Source: Tubiluchus corallicola
Lineage: Eukaryota > Animalia > Priapulida
Length of the DNA stretch: 64,000 nt
Direction: 5' to 3'
NCBI GenBank assembly: GCA_030141605.1
Contig: JAQGDQ010000411.1
Coordinates: forward strand, 142,832 to 206,831
Shown in pieces: positions 48,075 to 60,613 of this stretch; positions within the stretch are counted from its first letter, which is position 1, and each line of letters opens with the position of its first letter. The notes beneath the pieces are model-generated. The model did not search any database, had not been told where the DNA came from, and saw nothing but the letters and a program-made list of their open reading frames with translations. A program made the position numbers and the translations under genes.

Positions 48075-50180
48075 ACATTCACTTTGTTGATCGATTTACA
48101 TTCATGAGTCATTCACATTCACTTGTTGATCCGTTCACATTCACTTGTTGTGTTGATGCGTTCACATTCACTTGTTGATGCGTTCACATTCACTTGTTGA
48201 TGGGTTCACGTTCACTTGTTGATCCGTTCACATTCACTTGTTGATCCGTTCACATTCACTTGCTGATCCGTTCACATTCACTTGCTGATCCATTCACATT
48301 CACTTGTTGATCCGTTCACATTCACTTGTTGATCCGTTCACATTCACTTGTTGATGCGTTCACATTCACTTGTTGATGCATTCACATTTACTTGTTGATG
48401 GGTTCACATTCACTTGTTGATCCGTTCACATTCACTTGTTGATCCATTCACATTCACTTGTTGATCCATTCACATTCACTTGTTGATCCATTCACATTCA
48501 CTTGTTGATGGGTTCACATTCACTTGTTGATCCGTTCACATTCACTTGTTGATCCGTTCACATTCACTTGTTGATGCGTTCACATTCACTTGTTGATGCA
48601 TTCACGTTTACTTGTTGATGGGTTCACATTCACTTGTTGATCCGTTCACATTCACTTGTTGATCCGTTCACATTCACTTGTTGATGCGTTCACATTCACT
48701 TGTTGATCCATTCACATTCACTTGTTGATGCGTTCACATTCACTTGTTGATGGGTTCACATTCACTTGTTGATGCGTTCACATTCACTTGTTGATGCGTT
48801 CACATTCACTTGTTGATGGGTTCACATTCACTTGTTGATGGGTTCACATTCACTTGTTGATCCGTTCACATTTACTTGTCGATGCGTTCACATTCACCTG
48901 TTGATCCGTTCACATTCACTTGTTGATCCGTTCACATTCACTTGCTGATCCGTTCACATTCACTTGCTGATCCGTTCACATTCACTTGCTGATCCGTTCA
49001 CATTCACTTGTTGATCCATTCACATTCACTTGTTGATGGGTTCACATTCACTTGTTGATGGGTTCACATTCACTTGTTGATCCGTTCACATTCACTTGTT
49101 GATCCGTTCACATTCACTTGTTGATCCGTTCACATTCACTTGTTGATCCGTTCACATTCACTTGTTGATCCGTTCACATTCACTTGTTGATGTGTTCACA
49201 TTCCCTTGTTGATGTGTTCACATTCACTTGTTGATCCGTTCACATTCACTTGTTGATCCGTTCACATTTACTTGTTGATGGGTTCACATTCACTTGTTGA
49301 TGGGTTCACATTCACTTGTCGATGCATTCACATTCACTTGTTGATCCGTTCACATTCACTTGTCGATGCATTCACATTCACTTGTTGGTCCGTTCACATT
49401 CACTTGTTGATGGGTTCACATTCACTTGTTGATGCATTCACATTCACTTGTTGATGGGTTCACATTCACTTGTTGACGCGTTCGCATTCACTTGTTGATG
49501 CGTTCACATTTACTTGTCGATGCGTTCACATTCACTTGTTGATGCATTCACATTCACTTGTTGATCCGTTCACATTCACTTGTTGATCCGTTCACATTCA
49601 CTTGTCGATGCATTCACATTCACTTGTTGATCCGTTCACATTTACTTGTTGATGGGTTCACATTCACTTGTTGATGGGTTCACATTTACTTGTTGATGGG
49701 TTCACATTCACTTGTTGATGCGTTCACATTCACTTGTTGATCCGTTCACATTCACTTGTTGATGCATTCACATTCACTTGTTGACGCGTTCACATTCACT
49801 TGTTGATGCGTTCACATTCACTTGTTGATGCGTTCACATTCACTTGTCGATGCGTTCACATTCACTTGTTGATGGGTTCACATTTACTTGTCGATGCGTT
49901 CACATTCACTTGTTGATGGGTTCACATTTACTTGTTGATGGGTTCGCATTCACTTGTTGATGGGTTCACATTTACTTGTTGATGGGTTCACATTCACTTG
50001 CTGATCCGTTCGCATTCACTTGTTGATGGGTTCACATTCACTTGACGATGCGTTCACATTCACTTGTTGATGCATTCACATTCACTTGTTGGTGCGTTCA
50101 CAGTCACTTGTTTTTTGCATTCACATTTCTTGCTGAACTGTTCACATTCATTTGTTGAACCGGCTCACATTCACTTGTTG
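48075..50180. repeat. 22-bp satellite (TTCACATTCACTTGTTGATCCG), ~95 copies
   Basis: Period 22 (CACTTG at 48301, 48323); variation concentrated in the CCG/GCG/GGG triplet. Confidence 0.98.
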
Positions 50181-50474
50181 AGACTTTCAGTATATCATAA
50201 GAATGAATACACGTTGCTACACTGAAGTCCAAACTGCTTTTTTGCACACGAGGACGCCACTAGTCCCAATGTTTCACAATAATGTCTTCACCGTCATATT
50301 TCTTTCTTTGCTTTACTACAAATATGCTCTGTAGCTTCTCTAGCTTTAGGGATAATTGAGATGTCGTGTGAGCTGCAGGCCAGAGATAAGATTGAAGTTG
50401 GAACTCCCTACTTACAAAGCAGACCATTGTGTTCCATATCATTACATTTATTATTAAATTTATATAAACTTTGT

Positions 50475-51100
50475 TGTTTCATTTTAAGAGCACTAAAGTT
50501 CCATTTTAAGAGCACTGATGTTCCATTTTAAGAGCACTAATGTTCCATTTTACGAGCACTGATGTTCCATTTTAAGAGCACTAATGTTCCATTTTAAGAG
50601 CACTGATGTTCCATTTTAAGAGCACTGATGTTCCATTTTAAGAGCACTAATGTTCCATTTTACGAGCACTGTTGTTTCATTTTAAGAGCACTAATGTTCC
50701 ATTTTAAGAGCACTGATGTTCCATTTTAAGAGCACTGATGTTCTATTTTAAGAGCACTGATGTTCCATTTTAAGAGCACTAATGTTCCATTTTAAGAGCA
50801 CTGATGTTCCACTTTAAGAGCACTAACGTTCCATTTTTAGAGTACTAATGTTTCATTTTAAGAGCACTAATGTTCCATTTTAAGAGCACTGATCTTCCAC
50901 TTTAAGAGCAATAATGTTCCATTCTAAGAGCACTATGTTCCATTTTAAGAGCACTAATGTTCCATTTTAAGAGCACTGATCTTCCATTTTAAGAGCACTA
51001 ATGTTCCATTTTAAGAGCACTGATATTCCATTTTAAGAGCACTGATGTTCCATTTTAAGAGCACTAATGTTCCATTTCAAGAGCACTAATGTTCCATTTG
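50475..51100. repeat. 22-bp minisatellite (TTCCATTTTAAGAGCACTAATG), ~28 copies
   Basis: Period 22. Confidence 0.96.
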
Positions 51101-52784
51101 CATATCTGTAATTTTTCTTACCTTACTAAAGTTCTCTTATTGTAATGAAATTCCTCCACAAACTGTTAAAACTCTTCATGTGAAACAAAATTCCATATTT
51201 CCATTCCGTGAAGTTGTAAATACGCCGTTTTGAATTATATTACTAAACAGTCTTATTTTTTAAATGAGTCACTAGACTTTTCCTGGTTTCCTGTAGTCTC
51301 TGTTATTTTAATTTTGAGGGTATTGTAAATGAAGACAAACAAGTTGCGCCAAACGTAACCACCTTGCCTGAACAAAATGCAATATGCATAACGACACTTA
51401 GTTATTGGAAGGTGCTGCCCTCTACGAGCAGTGCGGAGAGGAAAGGCAGGAGGAGAACAATGATGGTTGCGTTCTTATTCACAGCAATGTTTTTTATCGT
51501 TATTGTGTTATAGTTAACAACAGCATTTAGTTATTACCAAATTTGTACCTTGAGAAATTTTAAATCTTGACGAAGAGCCAACGATGTAAGTTACATGAAT
51601 TTAAATAATTTAAGTTTATGAATTCGATCTCTGAAATTTGAGAAAGTACTTTTACCAATAAGTTGACGTCTTCTTAATTATTAAGTTTCTGTTTATCATT
51701 CTATTTATTTTTCTTACTTGTTAATGTTCTCTTTATTATTCTCTTTAGAATAAACGACTTTGGAACATGAATGAAATAGTGAAGGCTTTCTGTACATAAC
51801 AGATGCCACAGCAAAACAGCGGAGCGATTACACCAGTGATGTGATTCTACGAGTAATTAATACTCATTAAAACGAGGCTTTTAACTATAAAACATCTACA
51901 CTATCTAAATTGCACAACCTTCCAAAATCGTCGAAAGACTTAATCATAAAGTTGTCATTGTCAACATCGAATGTCCCTTACCTTTTACAGACTGAGCAGA
52001 CAGAAATCTGATGCGTAACAGAAATTAGTCCTCAAAACAGATATCGCAGGTAGTCTAGCAACAAGTAGCATGTAAGCGCATTGTTGATTATTAAATCGTT
52101 GAGGCTATTGCTGTTACCATCGGAATCACCTTTAACGAGTTGTGAAAGCTCAAAGAAACCATATGGACTAATAATAATAGCCATTGCAGGGTTTCGAAAT
52201 GCGGAGGCGACCATAAAGTTGTGACTGACAATCTGGCATGGATTTCCGTTCGTCCCGTTTAGCTGAGACACTTCCTGTACAACATTCTGATGGACACGTT
52301 TACGGACGTGCGATCCATGGTTGGAGGAAGTGGTATGAAGAATGTAGAACTCCGGTGGAGACACATGGAGCAGGCGTATGCTTTGCAATAGTAGACAGCC
52401 CGATGGACACTCCTGTCAACGCACTGACAACCCACGAACGTGTTGCTGTTGAAGTTAGAAAGAGCCTGAGAAGCTAGGATCTAACCCTTTTATTTCAGTA
52501 TTGCAGTTTATTTGATACCTGTTAAACATAATTGCTCTGAGAAATGTGTTGTTATACGTCAATAAATATGTTTTTTTCACTAGCTTAAACAAATGGTAAA
52601 GTCAGTTTGAATCAACTGCTAAATTATTAAAAGCAACAGTGAAAAATTCTCGAGAGTTTAACAGTGAACAACGCGTAATAAGTAATTTGAACTGTAACTA
52701 TATCCAAAAGAACCAATCCCCGTCTAAGTAATTAGCCTACTATACATTATTATAAACACATTGCACTTTCAACATTCACTTTGG

Positions 52785-53407
52785 ATGCTACCAGCAGGTT
52801 TGCCTGTGTCAAGGTCAAGTCTACTAATGCTGGGCTCACTGCACTGTTAAGTATCTAGAGTAAATTCTACAGCTGTAGTTTGAATTCACATGCTACCAGC
52901 AGGTCTGCCTGTGTCAAGGTCAAGTCTACTAATGCTGGGCTCACTGCTCTGTTAAGTATCTAGAGTAAATTCTACAGCTGTAGTTTGAATTCACACACTA
53001 GCAGCAGGTCTGGCTGTGTCAAGGTCAAGTCTACTAATGCTGGGCTCACTGCACTGTTAAGTATTTAGAGTAAATTCTACAGCTGTAGTTTGAATTCACA
53101 TGCTAGCAGCAGGTTTGCCTGTGTCAAGGTCAAGTCTACTAATGCTGGGCTCACTGCACTGTTAAGTATCTACAGTAAAATCTACAGCTGTAGTTTGAAT
53201 TCACATGCTAGCATGAGGTTTGCCTGTGTCAAGGTCAAGTCTACTAATGCTGGGCTCACTGCTCTGTTAAGTATCTACAGTAAAATCTACAGCTGTAGTT
53301 TGAATTCACATGCAAGCAGCAGGTTTGCCTGTGTCACGGTCAAGTCTACTAATGCTTGGCTCACTACACTAATTGTTAAGTATCTACAGTAAATTTCACA
53401 GCTGTAC
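52785..53407. repeat. 105-bp tandem repeat, ~6 copies
   Basis: Units start at 52786, 52891, 52996, 53101, 53206, 53311. Confidence 0.95.
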
Positions 53408-53599
53408 GTATCATAGCAAAAGGTATCAGGATGTATCGTTACAGGTCTAATTTTTACCATGTTCATGTATGAGAATCAGTACAATTAGTAAAAATGTATC
53501 TTTCCATTCCTATCTAAATGCAAATGGCTTTGGGACTGTAAATTTTAAATCTTTCAGAGCGTTCAAACATAAATTTTTCGATTTTTACTGTTGAGAAAT

Positions 53600-53797
53600 G
53601 GTGATTTACTAGCAGGATCTAGCTTGGGAACAAGAAAAAATGAACTAGGCAAGGTTCTAGCTGGCTGTTAAAATTGGTACTATTACAATAGTTTGAGCTG
53701 GAAGCATTGTCAAGTGTACACGAATGCATTGTCTGGTACACTTAACCTTTGACCTTTTCACGATCATTATGAATCCCAGGAACTGTGAAAAGGCTTA
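53600..53797. mobile_element. MITE family A, partial copy 3 (inverted)
   Basis: CTAGCAGGATCTAGC... ending ACTGTGAAAAGGCTTA. Confidence 0.7.
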
Positions 53798-54340
53798 GTG
53801 TTGAGTTCTTGAAACTAAAATCTATCAGAAAATAAGGACACGTAAAAAAGCAGAATAGAACCTGTATTTGAACCAGTGAACTCTGGATCGCATAAACACA
53901 ATTAAAGCTTAAACAAGATATTGGACTAGTAATTGAATTATTCTTTTATTTGTCGGAATTACGCAATACAAGTACCTATATTTTGCAGAGTACATAAACG
54001 GTAAGCATTACGACACACCGTTGCCGTTTCTTAAAATACAACTGCCGCACTCCGTTCTAAAGTCATTTACGGCAGTTTTTGCCTCTTATGTGGAGACAGA
54101 AAATACGTATTGAATAACAAACAATGTCTGCTTCAACGACAAAACGTTCTGATGAACCCGTATATAAAACATGCAATGCAAAATCTTTAAGAACCAATAG
54201 AATCAGCCTGGTCAGCACCTCCAAACTGAGAAAAACTGGCAATTTGAAGTTGTGCTTTACAACAACAAAGTGCAAAAATTTAAAATTACTACAATTTTGA
54301 ATCACAAGTCAAGATTTAGGTGAGATTTAGGTCAGTCAAG

Positions 54341-54815
54341 CAGAGGAGTAGCAAGGTGGGGGGGCGACAGGGGGCAATTGACCCTGGGGCAAAATTTTTC
54401 TAGAGTTTAATGTGTAGCGTGTGTCCAGTGACTTTAGCAGATCAATAATTTTGGGAGGAGCAATGACGTTTCTCTAAATTTCGATTGTATTATTGTGAAA
54501 ACCTGTAGTGTTCTGTATCTTTCATAATCTTTGTATGTTTTAATGCTGGAGCTGAATGTTTAAGAACATTAGTGTTATGCACAACTAATGCATAGAAAAG
54601 AGTTATTCTGCTGCAAGTCCCACAACAAATCAAACTCAGGGTGAGTCTTAGAAAAAATCTTTCATATTTATCCCGTCATGTTGAAAAAGGAAAGTCGGGC
54701 TGAGGGACACAAAAAAGTGCACAATTTGTGGCTTCACCCACAAAACAAATGATCAAAACATTAAAACAGCAGGTTTTTTGCACCCCGGGCGCCACAAACA
54801 CTTGCTACGCCACTG
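54341..54815. mobile_element. MITE family B, copy 3 (inverted)
   Basis: CAGAGGAGTAGC ... GCTACGCCACTG. Confidence 0.75.
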
Positions 54816-55192
54816 ATTACACGTTAATAAAAAAGCAAATTACGGCTTAAAAGTGATATCCAATCATTCATATTTAAATCCTTTCAAGTCTCTACTGTAT
54901 GTGTACCACCTATAATGAAGTCTAGAGTAAGTGACATGATTTAAACCCAATGATGATAAAAGAACAATGTAATTACTACTTTATCTTACACAAATAATAG
55001 TACAAGTACATAATAATGGACAAACACTTTTAACTACCCGCGAGCCTATATATATATTACACACAAACCTTCTTCGGTTGTTTTCTTATTACGAACGTCA
55101 AGCATTCTTCTCAGTCATTTGTATTTTCAACCTTGCACATAGCAACATGCACGTTTGCAGAAAAATGGACAAAGTATGAACTGGCCCTAAGC

Positions 55193-56060
55193 TTAAAGGA
55201 AAGCCCAAGCTTTCTGAGAAGTCAGGGTTATTTCAATGTTCGTGAAAAATGTTAGAAAAATTTAGTAATAAAAATGCGACAAGAGCATCGTGTAACAAGT
55301 AAGATCACTTTAAAGTCACGATCACTTCTTGCTTGGAAGCTCCCATTTTCAATGCCCATTCTTCATTCGTCTTGAAGAAAAGTAGTGCCACTGTCAATCT
55401 TCATCAAAAGTATACTAAGTTTTTACAAGAAATTAGATTGTTAGTTTTGTTTTATTTTTGCATGAGCATTGGGTAAACCTCAGAAGTTTGCAGTAGTTTA
55501 ATAAGCAAAACGCGCTTACGAAAAGTCACGAAGTCTCCCAGTTACGTCACGATTTTCGATTGAACGGAAACGCAACTATCAAGTCTGAATATTTTTATTC
55601 AGAGGTAGTATATTTTAAATTTACGCTTTATAGACACTTTTTCTAAGTTTAAGTGACAACAGTAAAAGAAAGCCAAAATACACTCATCTCGGGTGAGACG
55701 TCAGTCCGAATTTGCGGATTGTCCGTATTTACAGATACTAAGCTAGTGCAGTAAGCGCAGCTAGTGTATTAGACTCACGGTAATGTAGAATCAATCTCCT
55801 AATTGTCTCAAACAAATCTAGTACAGGCCGCTCCTATGCAAGAGTATATAAAAACTGCCTCAATTGACTCAAATAACTCCGTACAATTGCTTCTATATTT
55901 TTATACATAGAGTACCGTGGTTACACTGATGTAACAATGTAAACAAAGTGACGGCCCGCCAACTAGTGGTCAGCTCGTGAAATAATAGACTGTGTCCGGG
56001 AGTTTTAACGGTCCAGATTTTGTCCGATTCTTACGAAATCCGTAAAAACGTGTACTGAGT
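55193..56060. mobile_element. Repeat D copy followed by inverted MITE C copy
   Basis: Matches 21737-22260 directly and 21029-21725 inverted. Confidence 0.65.
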
Positions 56061-56688
56061 GACTTGTTCTTTCCTTCAAACCATAGGAAGTCCAGTACCA
56101 GTTTAAAAGTTAAAAAGTAACGTCAGAAAACTTATTCTAAACTGTTCCATTCCACAACGTGCAATGGAAGTAGAGGAATAATGTACGTACTATAATAGCA
56201 TGATTTTGCATACTGTGAAACAACTTTTCTTGTAAGTACTAAATCTATTAACAATCATCAACTAATAATAATAATAATTAACAAATGCATTTTGAAACGT
56301 GAAAAAATAGTAAGTTTAAGGCAGTGAACGCAACGACGACGCTTTGTTAATGTTCCGGTTTTGATCAGAAATCTTGTCGCCCAGGAAACGCTAACGTATT
56401 TAAACATACATTACGTTTATGAAGCGGTAATACATATTACAGTGAAACCTCTTTATACCATCCACTTTGGCATCAGAGAAAAGTTAGCATTATAGTGAGT
56501 TTGGCATTATAACGATGAGCATTAAGACGTATATGTCCATGCAAATATAGACATTTTGTTTTGCCAAACATGTGGGTCTCTAAGTGAGGCTGACATTACA
56601 AAGGGGGCGTTGTAAACAGGTTTGACTGTGACTTTCTTATCTAGAGTACCTAATGAAAAAAACGTCAAGATGGTTTCCGTAGCAACAA

Positions 56689-56900
56689 CTAATTAAATTT
56701 CACAGAAGTTGATATCATAAAATAATTAAATTTCACAGATGTTGAAATCACAAACTAATTAAATTCCATAGAAGTTTAAATCATAAAGTAATTAAATTCC
56801 ACAGAAGTTGAAATCATAAACTAATTAAATTTCACAGAAATTGACATTATAAACTAACTGAATTTCACAGAAGTTTAAATCATAAACTAATTCAGTTTCA
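56689..56900. repeat. 33-bp minisatellite, ~6 copies
   Basis: CTAATTAAATTTCACAGAAGTTGATATCATAAA variants. Confidence 0.85.
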
Positions 56901-57614
56901 CAATTCCCGCTATATTCATGTACCGACAAAATAAAAAAACACGTTAGACCTGTCGTCATGTTTAATTCTTTTTTTCTATACGTAAACCAGAAAATTAAGA
57001 AACGTCGCCTAACATTTGACACACGTTATTTACACAATATGGAAATGTTGTACTCAGAGCTACAATTATAATATGAATTACTTTGGCATATTATAGAACA
57101 ACAACAACAATAATAATAATAATAATACTTAAAACTCTTCATTTAAATATACATATAAACAAGTGGAGCAAATAAATTACAACGAGAAATTGTCGGGAAT
57201 GAGAGAGACCCAAAGTTCACCACATTAGTTTAAATTACAGGTAGGACAGGTATAAGAGAGATAATCTACGCTACATACAACTCTTAACATAGTACAATTA
57301 TTTACATAGCTAAGATATTCAACTTACATCATGAAATGGACTACCAATATTTAGTACATGAAAATTTTAAAATTTAAAAGCATTTAAAATTTGTGAACTG
57401 CAAATATGATGATGAAAATTGTAATGAAAGATAAAATTTTCGTTAGACGTTAAAGAAATATTAAAATTGTGAAACAGCTCATGTAGGTAAATCGCACAAA
57501 CTGCATTCTTTCACACTAATAATACTGCTTCCTCACCTGGACAACAGACCTTTGACAAAATGAGTTTAAATTATAGCACCTGGTCATTCAATTACACCTG
57601 AGCAAAACACCTGC

Positions 57615-57843
57615 CTACCTTCTTCTGAATTTTCTCAACTCATTTACTATACTTGTGTTTTCTATACACAGAACAATGAAGACGTTATTACATGAGTATT
57701 TTGTTGAATCGAGTAGGTGACCATTGAGTAGTGAGCTGCCCAGGCCGGTCTGGTCCTTGTCGTCCGTTGTCCAGGCATTGCAGAAGCTGGCCGGAACTCG
57801 GCCTCCCACTTTATTAGTGCCGTGCCATATTATCTTCTGCGGC
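57615..57843 (-). CDS. Collagen XV/XVIII (multiplexin) endostatin domain, last exon: PQKIIWHGTNKVGGRVPASFCNAWTT...YSCNNVFIVLCIENTSIVNELRKFRRR*
   Basis: WPQK..WHG, C.AW and SC....IVLCIEN endostatin motifs; AG acceptor in phase 2; TAG stop. Confidence 0.96.
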
Positions 57844-59184
57844 CTTTAAAAACAAAAACAAGAAATTAACAAACCACATATCTCCGTTTAAAAGGGCGTC
57901 CAGTTGCTTAAACTCATAGCATTGTTAAGCAAAAGGGAAACCCTACAATGTCACCACTATCATCATCGTCGTAATCAACACCATCAATGTTGTCACACCT
58001 CCACATCACATTGTCGTTGTTGTTGTCATCATTACAATTGCTAAATTTATTAACATCATGATTGTCGTCATCGTTGTCACTTTTATCATAATGCTCTCGA
58101 CAGCACACCATAGTCGTAGTCACTGATGCATCGTCTTTAGCAGCATCAACTGTTGTTGTCATATTTGTAGTGGCGGCTCGTGTATAGGTAGTGTGGAACT
58201 GCAGCACCCCCTATTTTCACTCAATATTATCGATAATATTCAATATAATAATCTTTTTTCATTAATGCTTTTTTATACTCGTAGGAAAGCAGAGCACGTG
58301 AGAATAGTACAATTTGCTTCACAGCCCAAGCAATGCAGTGTTTGGCTGTTGTACGCATGCAGCCAGGCGCACATGTCTGAGACTGTACTTTAAGTAGAAA
58401 GAGTACTATAGCAGTATGTGTTGTCAGTTGTGACACGCTTAAAAGCCGTGTTTCGGCATATTCTTGAACTGCGACAATTAGAAATTTGTCAAAGTTTAAA
58501 TTCGTTTGTTTGTTTCAAATTACAATCACAACATTATAATTATACGTTTGTTTCATTTTACACAGTGTTAAAACAATGGCTAAAAATTTTTAACTTTGCA
58601 GCACCGCCACTAATTTTACCTACAAGCCGCCACTGCAAAGACAACGACAATGAGTTGTTGTCACAGCTGTCATCATCGGCACGTTGTTGTTGCCATCGTC
58701 AGCAAACTGTTGTCATACTTGTCACCATTAACATGAGTTGTCATAAACAGTATGTTGTTGTCATAGTTGTAATCAACAGCATGTTCTTGTCATAAACAGC
58801 ATGTTGTTGTCACGGCTGTTATCATCAGCACGCTGTTGTCATACTTGTCACCATTAACATGAGTTGTCATAAACAGCATGTTGTTGTCATAGTTGTAATC
58901 AACAGCATGTTCTTGTCATAAACAGCATGTTGTTGTCACGGCTGTCATCATCAGCACGCTGTTGTCGTCATAGTCATTATCAGCAGCCAATCAACCTTGT
59001 CATATCACATTTATCTAAGCATTTACATACACACTGTTGGCGAAATATGGAAGTAACTTTTCAGTAGAATTTGTAGTGAAATCGCAAAATTATATAGGAA
59101 AGTTTTTACTATTTACAAACACAATCCTAAGCCACCAAGTTTAATGTCAGTAGTCATTGCGTCAAATATCTTATGTCCTGTGCT

Positions 59185-59250
59185 GGGTGGCTGAGTGGTC
59201 TAGATTTTGAACTGCAACCAGGCAGTCCTGAGTTCGAGTCTAGCACAGGA
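59185..59250 (+). mobile_element. tRNA-derived SINE head or tRNA relic
   Basis: A-box-like TGGCTGAGTGG and B-box-like GTTCGAGTC at tRNA-like spacing; no convincing cloverleaf. Confidence 0.5.
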
Positions 59251-59400
59251 CATACACCCTGATTCTGCATTACCTGTATTGTTGTAAATATGAGTTGCTA
59301 AATAGCCATCAATGTTAATGTTGTCTGTTAAATGACTGATTATAAATAAATAAATAAAAGTGGTTTTTGAAAATATTATATAATAAATGTAATAACTCAC

Positions 59401-59516
59401 CAGTTTGGATCTAACAAAACATTCCGACCATCAAAACTGTAAATAGATTCGCTAGTATCAAATTTTGCGCCGTCGCCTTTAAATATATCGTTCCAGGAGT
59501 CAAATAATGTGCGATC
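59401..59516 (-). CDS. Multiplexin endostatin domain exon: DRTLFDSWNDIFKGDGAKFDTSESIYSFDGRNVLLDPN
   Basis: CAG/GTGAGT, phase 0-2; LF.SW..IF.G and IYSFDGR.V motifs. Confidence 0.96.
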
Positions 59517-59937
59517 CTGAAAAATATCATGTACAATTAATGCTTCATGTTCTATTAGTTAACACAGTTAAACCTAGATGGTGCTTGGGTGCCATAGTTG
59601 AAAACAATAATCACGTGACCGCTTCATGGTCTGTCATGTACACCTTATAAGAAAGTACCTTATACCCGAGGTTACCTGTACTACCTTTATATAATCACAG
59701 CATTTTGGATCCCTATAGCACCTTGTACTATGAAATTACATCCAAACTAGTCAAATAAGTGTGAGTTCTGCCAAGTTGCATGGTACGAAATTGGGAATAA
59801 TGGCATGAAAAATACTATTTTTACATTACGTTGAGGCATCATGATGCAGACGACCAGGTACGCTTTTCATATTTGTCATATTTCAACTACATTGTTTGAA
59901 TTGTTTATTTTGAAACACAATTTGGAACATTTATTTA

Positions 59938-60315
59938 TAGTGTGAACCCACTTGAAAGTTTCATGGTGAGAAATCTCTCTAGTGTGAACACACTTGCAAG
60001 TTTCATTGTGAGAAAACTGTCTAGTGTGAACACACTTGCAAGTTTCATGTGAGAAAACTGTCTAGTGTGAACACACTTGCAAGTTTCATGTGAGAAAACT
60101 GTCTAGTGTGAACACACTTGCAAGTTTCATGGTGAGAAAATTTTTTAATGTGAACACACTTGCAAGTTTCATGGTGAGAAAACTGTCTAGTGTGAACCCA
60201 CTTGCAAGTTTCATGGTGAGAAAACTCTTTAATGTGAACACACTTGCAAGTTTCATGGTGAGAAAACTGTCTAGTGTGAATGCACTTGCAAGTTTCACGG
60301 TGAGAAAACTCTCTA
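59938..60315. repeat. 42-bp intronic minisatellite, ~9 copies
   Basis: GTGTGAACACACTTGCAAGTTTCATGGTGAGAAAACTGTCTA. Confidence 0.94.
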
Positions 60316-60415
60316 TGCTGAATGGGTCATATTAGTTATTAATGAATCACTGCATACATTGGCATAAATATTAAAGTTGAATTATTTGACATATAAAATT
60401 TTTAAAAAATCCCAC

Positions 60416-60613
60416 CTTTAGATTTTTGACCGGTACTTTCTTCTGGTCAACCGGCCGCACAATACTGTACAGATCCTGTGCATAGGAAGAGACGAAAGCC
60501 CGGAAAGTTCCCTTGAATCCAGCCGCTCGGGACTGTCGATAGCACTGGAAATCTACGGTCCTGATCCCGCGCATGTCACCGCTGTACGGTTCATTCAGTG
60601 CGACAAGTTTAAT
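60416..60613 (-). CDS. Multiplexin endostatin domain exon: [66 protein letters not shown]
   Basis: TAG/GT, phase 0-0; LVALN.P.SG.MRGIR..DFQC and [16 protein letters not shown] motifs; upstream exons not identified in window. Confidence 0.97.

Larger units (their letters stand above)
41245..48106 (+). repeat. Tandem segmental duplication, two ~3.43-kb units (41245-44679 and 44680-48106)
   Basis: 41245-41657 matches 44680-45080; 42391-44678 matches 45816-48106 with few differences. Confidence 0.95.

Noticed and set aside
48075-51100. CRISPR-like appearance of short regular repeats (also 28411-28745)
   Set aside because: Head-to-tail repeats with no unique spacers, no cas genes, and a eukaryotic intron-containing context.
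57914-58980. Asp/Asn-rich ORFs in the multiplexin intron
   Set aside because: Degenerate TCA/TTG triplet low-complexity DNA with a ~126-bp duplication; flanking exons already join in frame.
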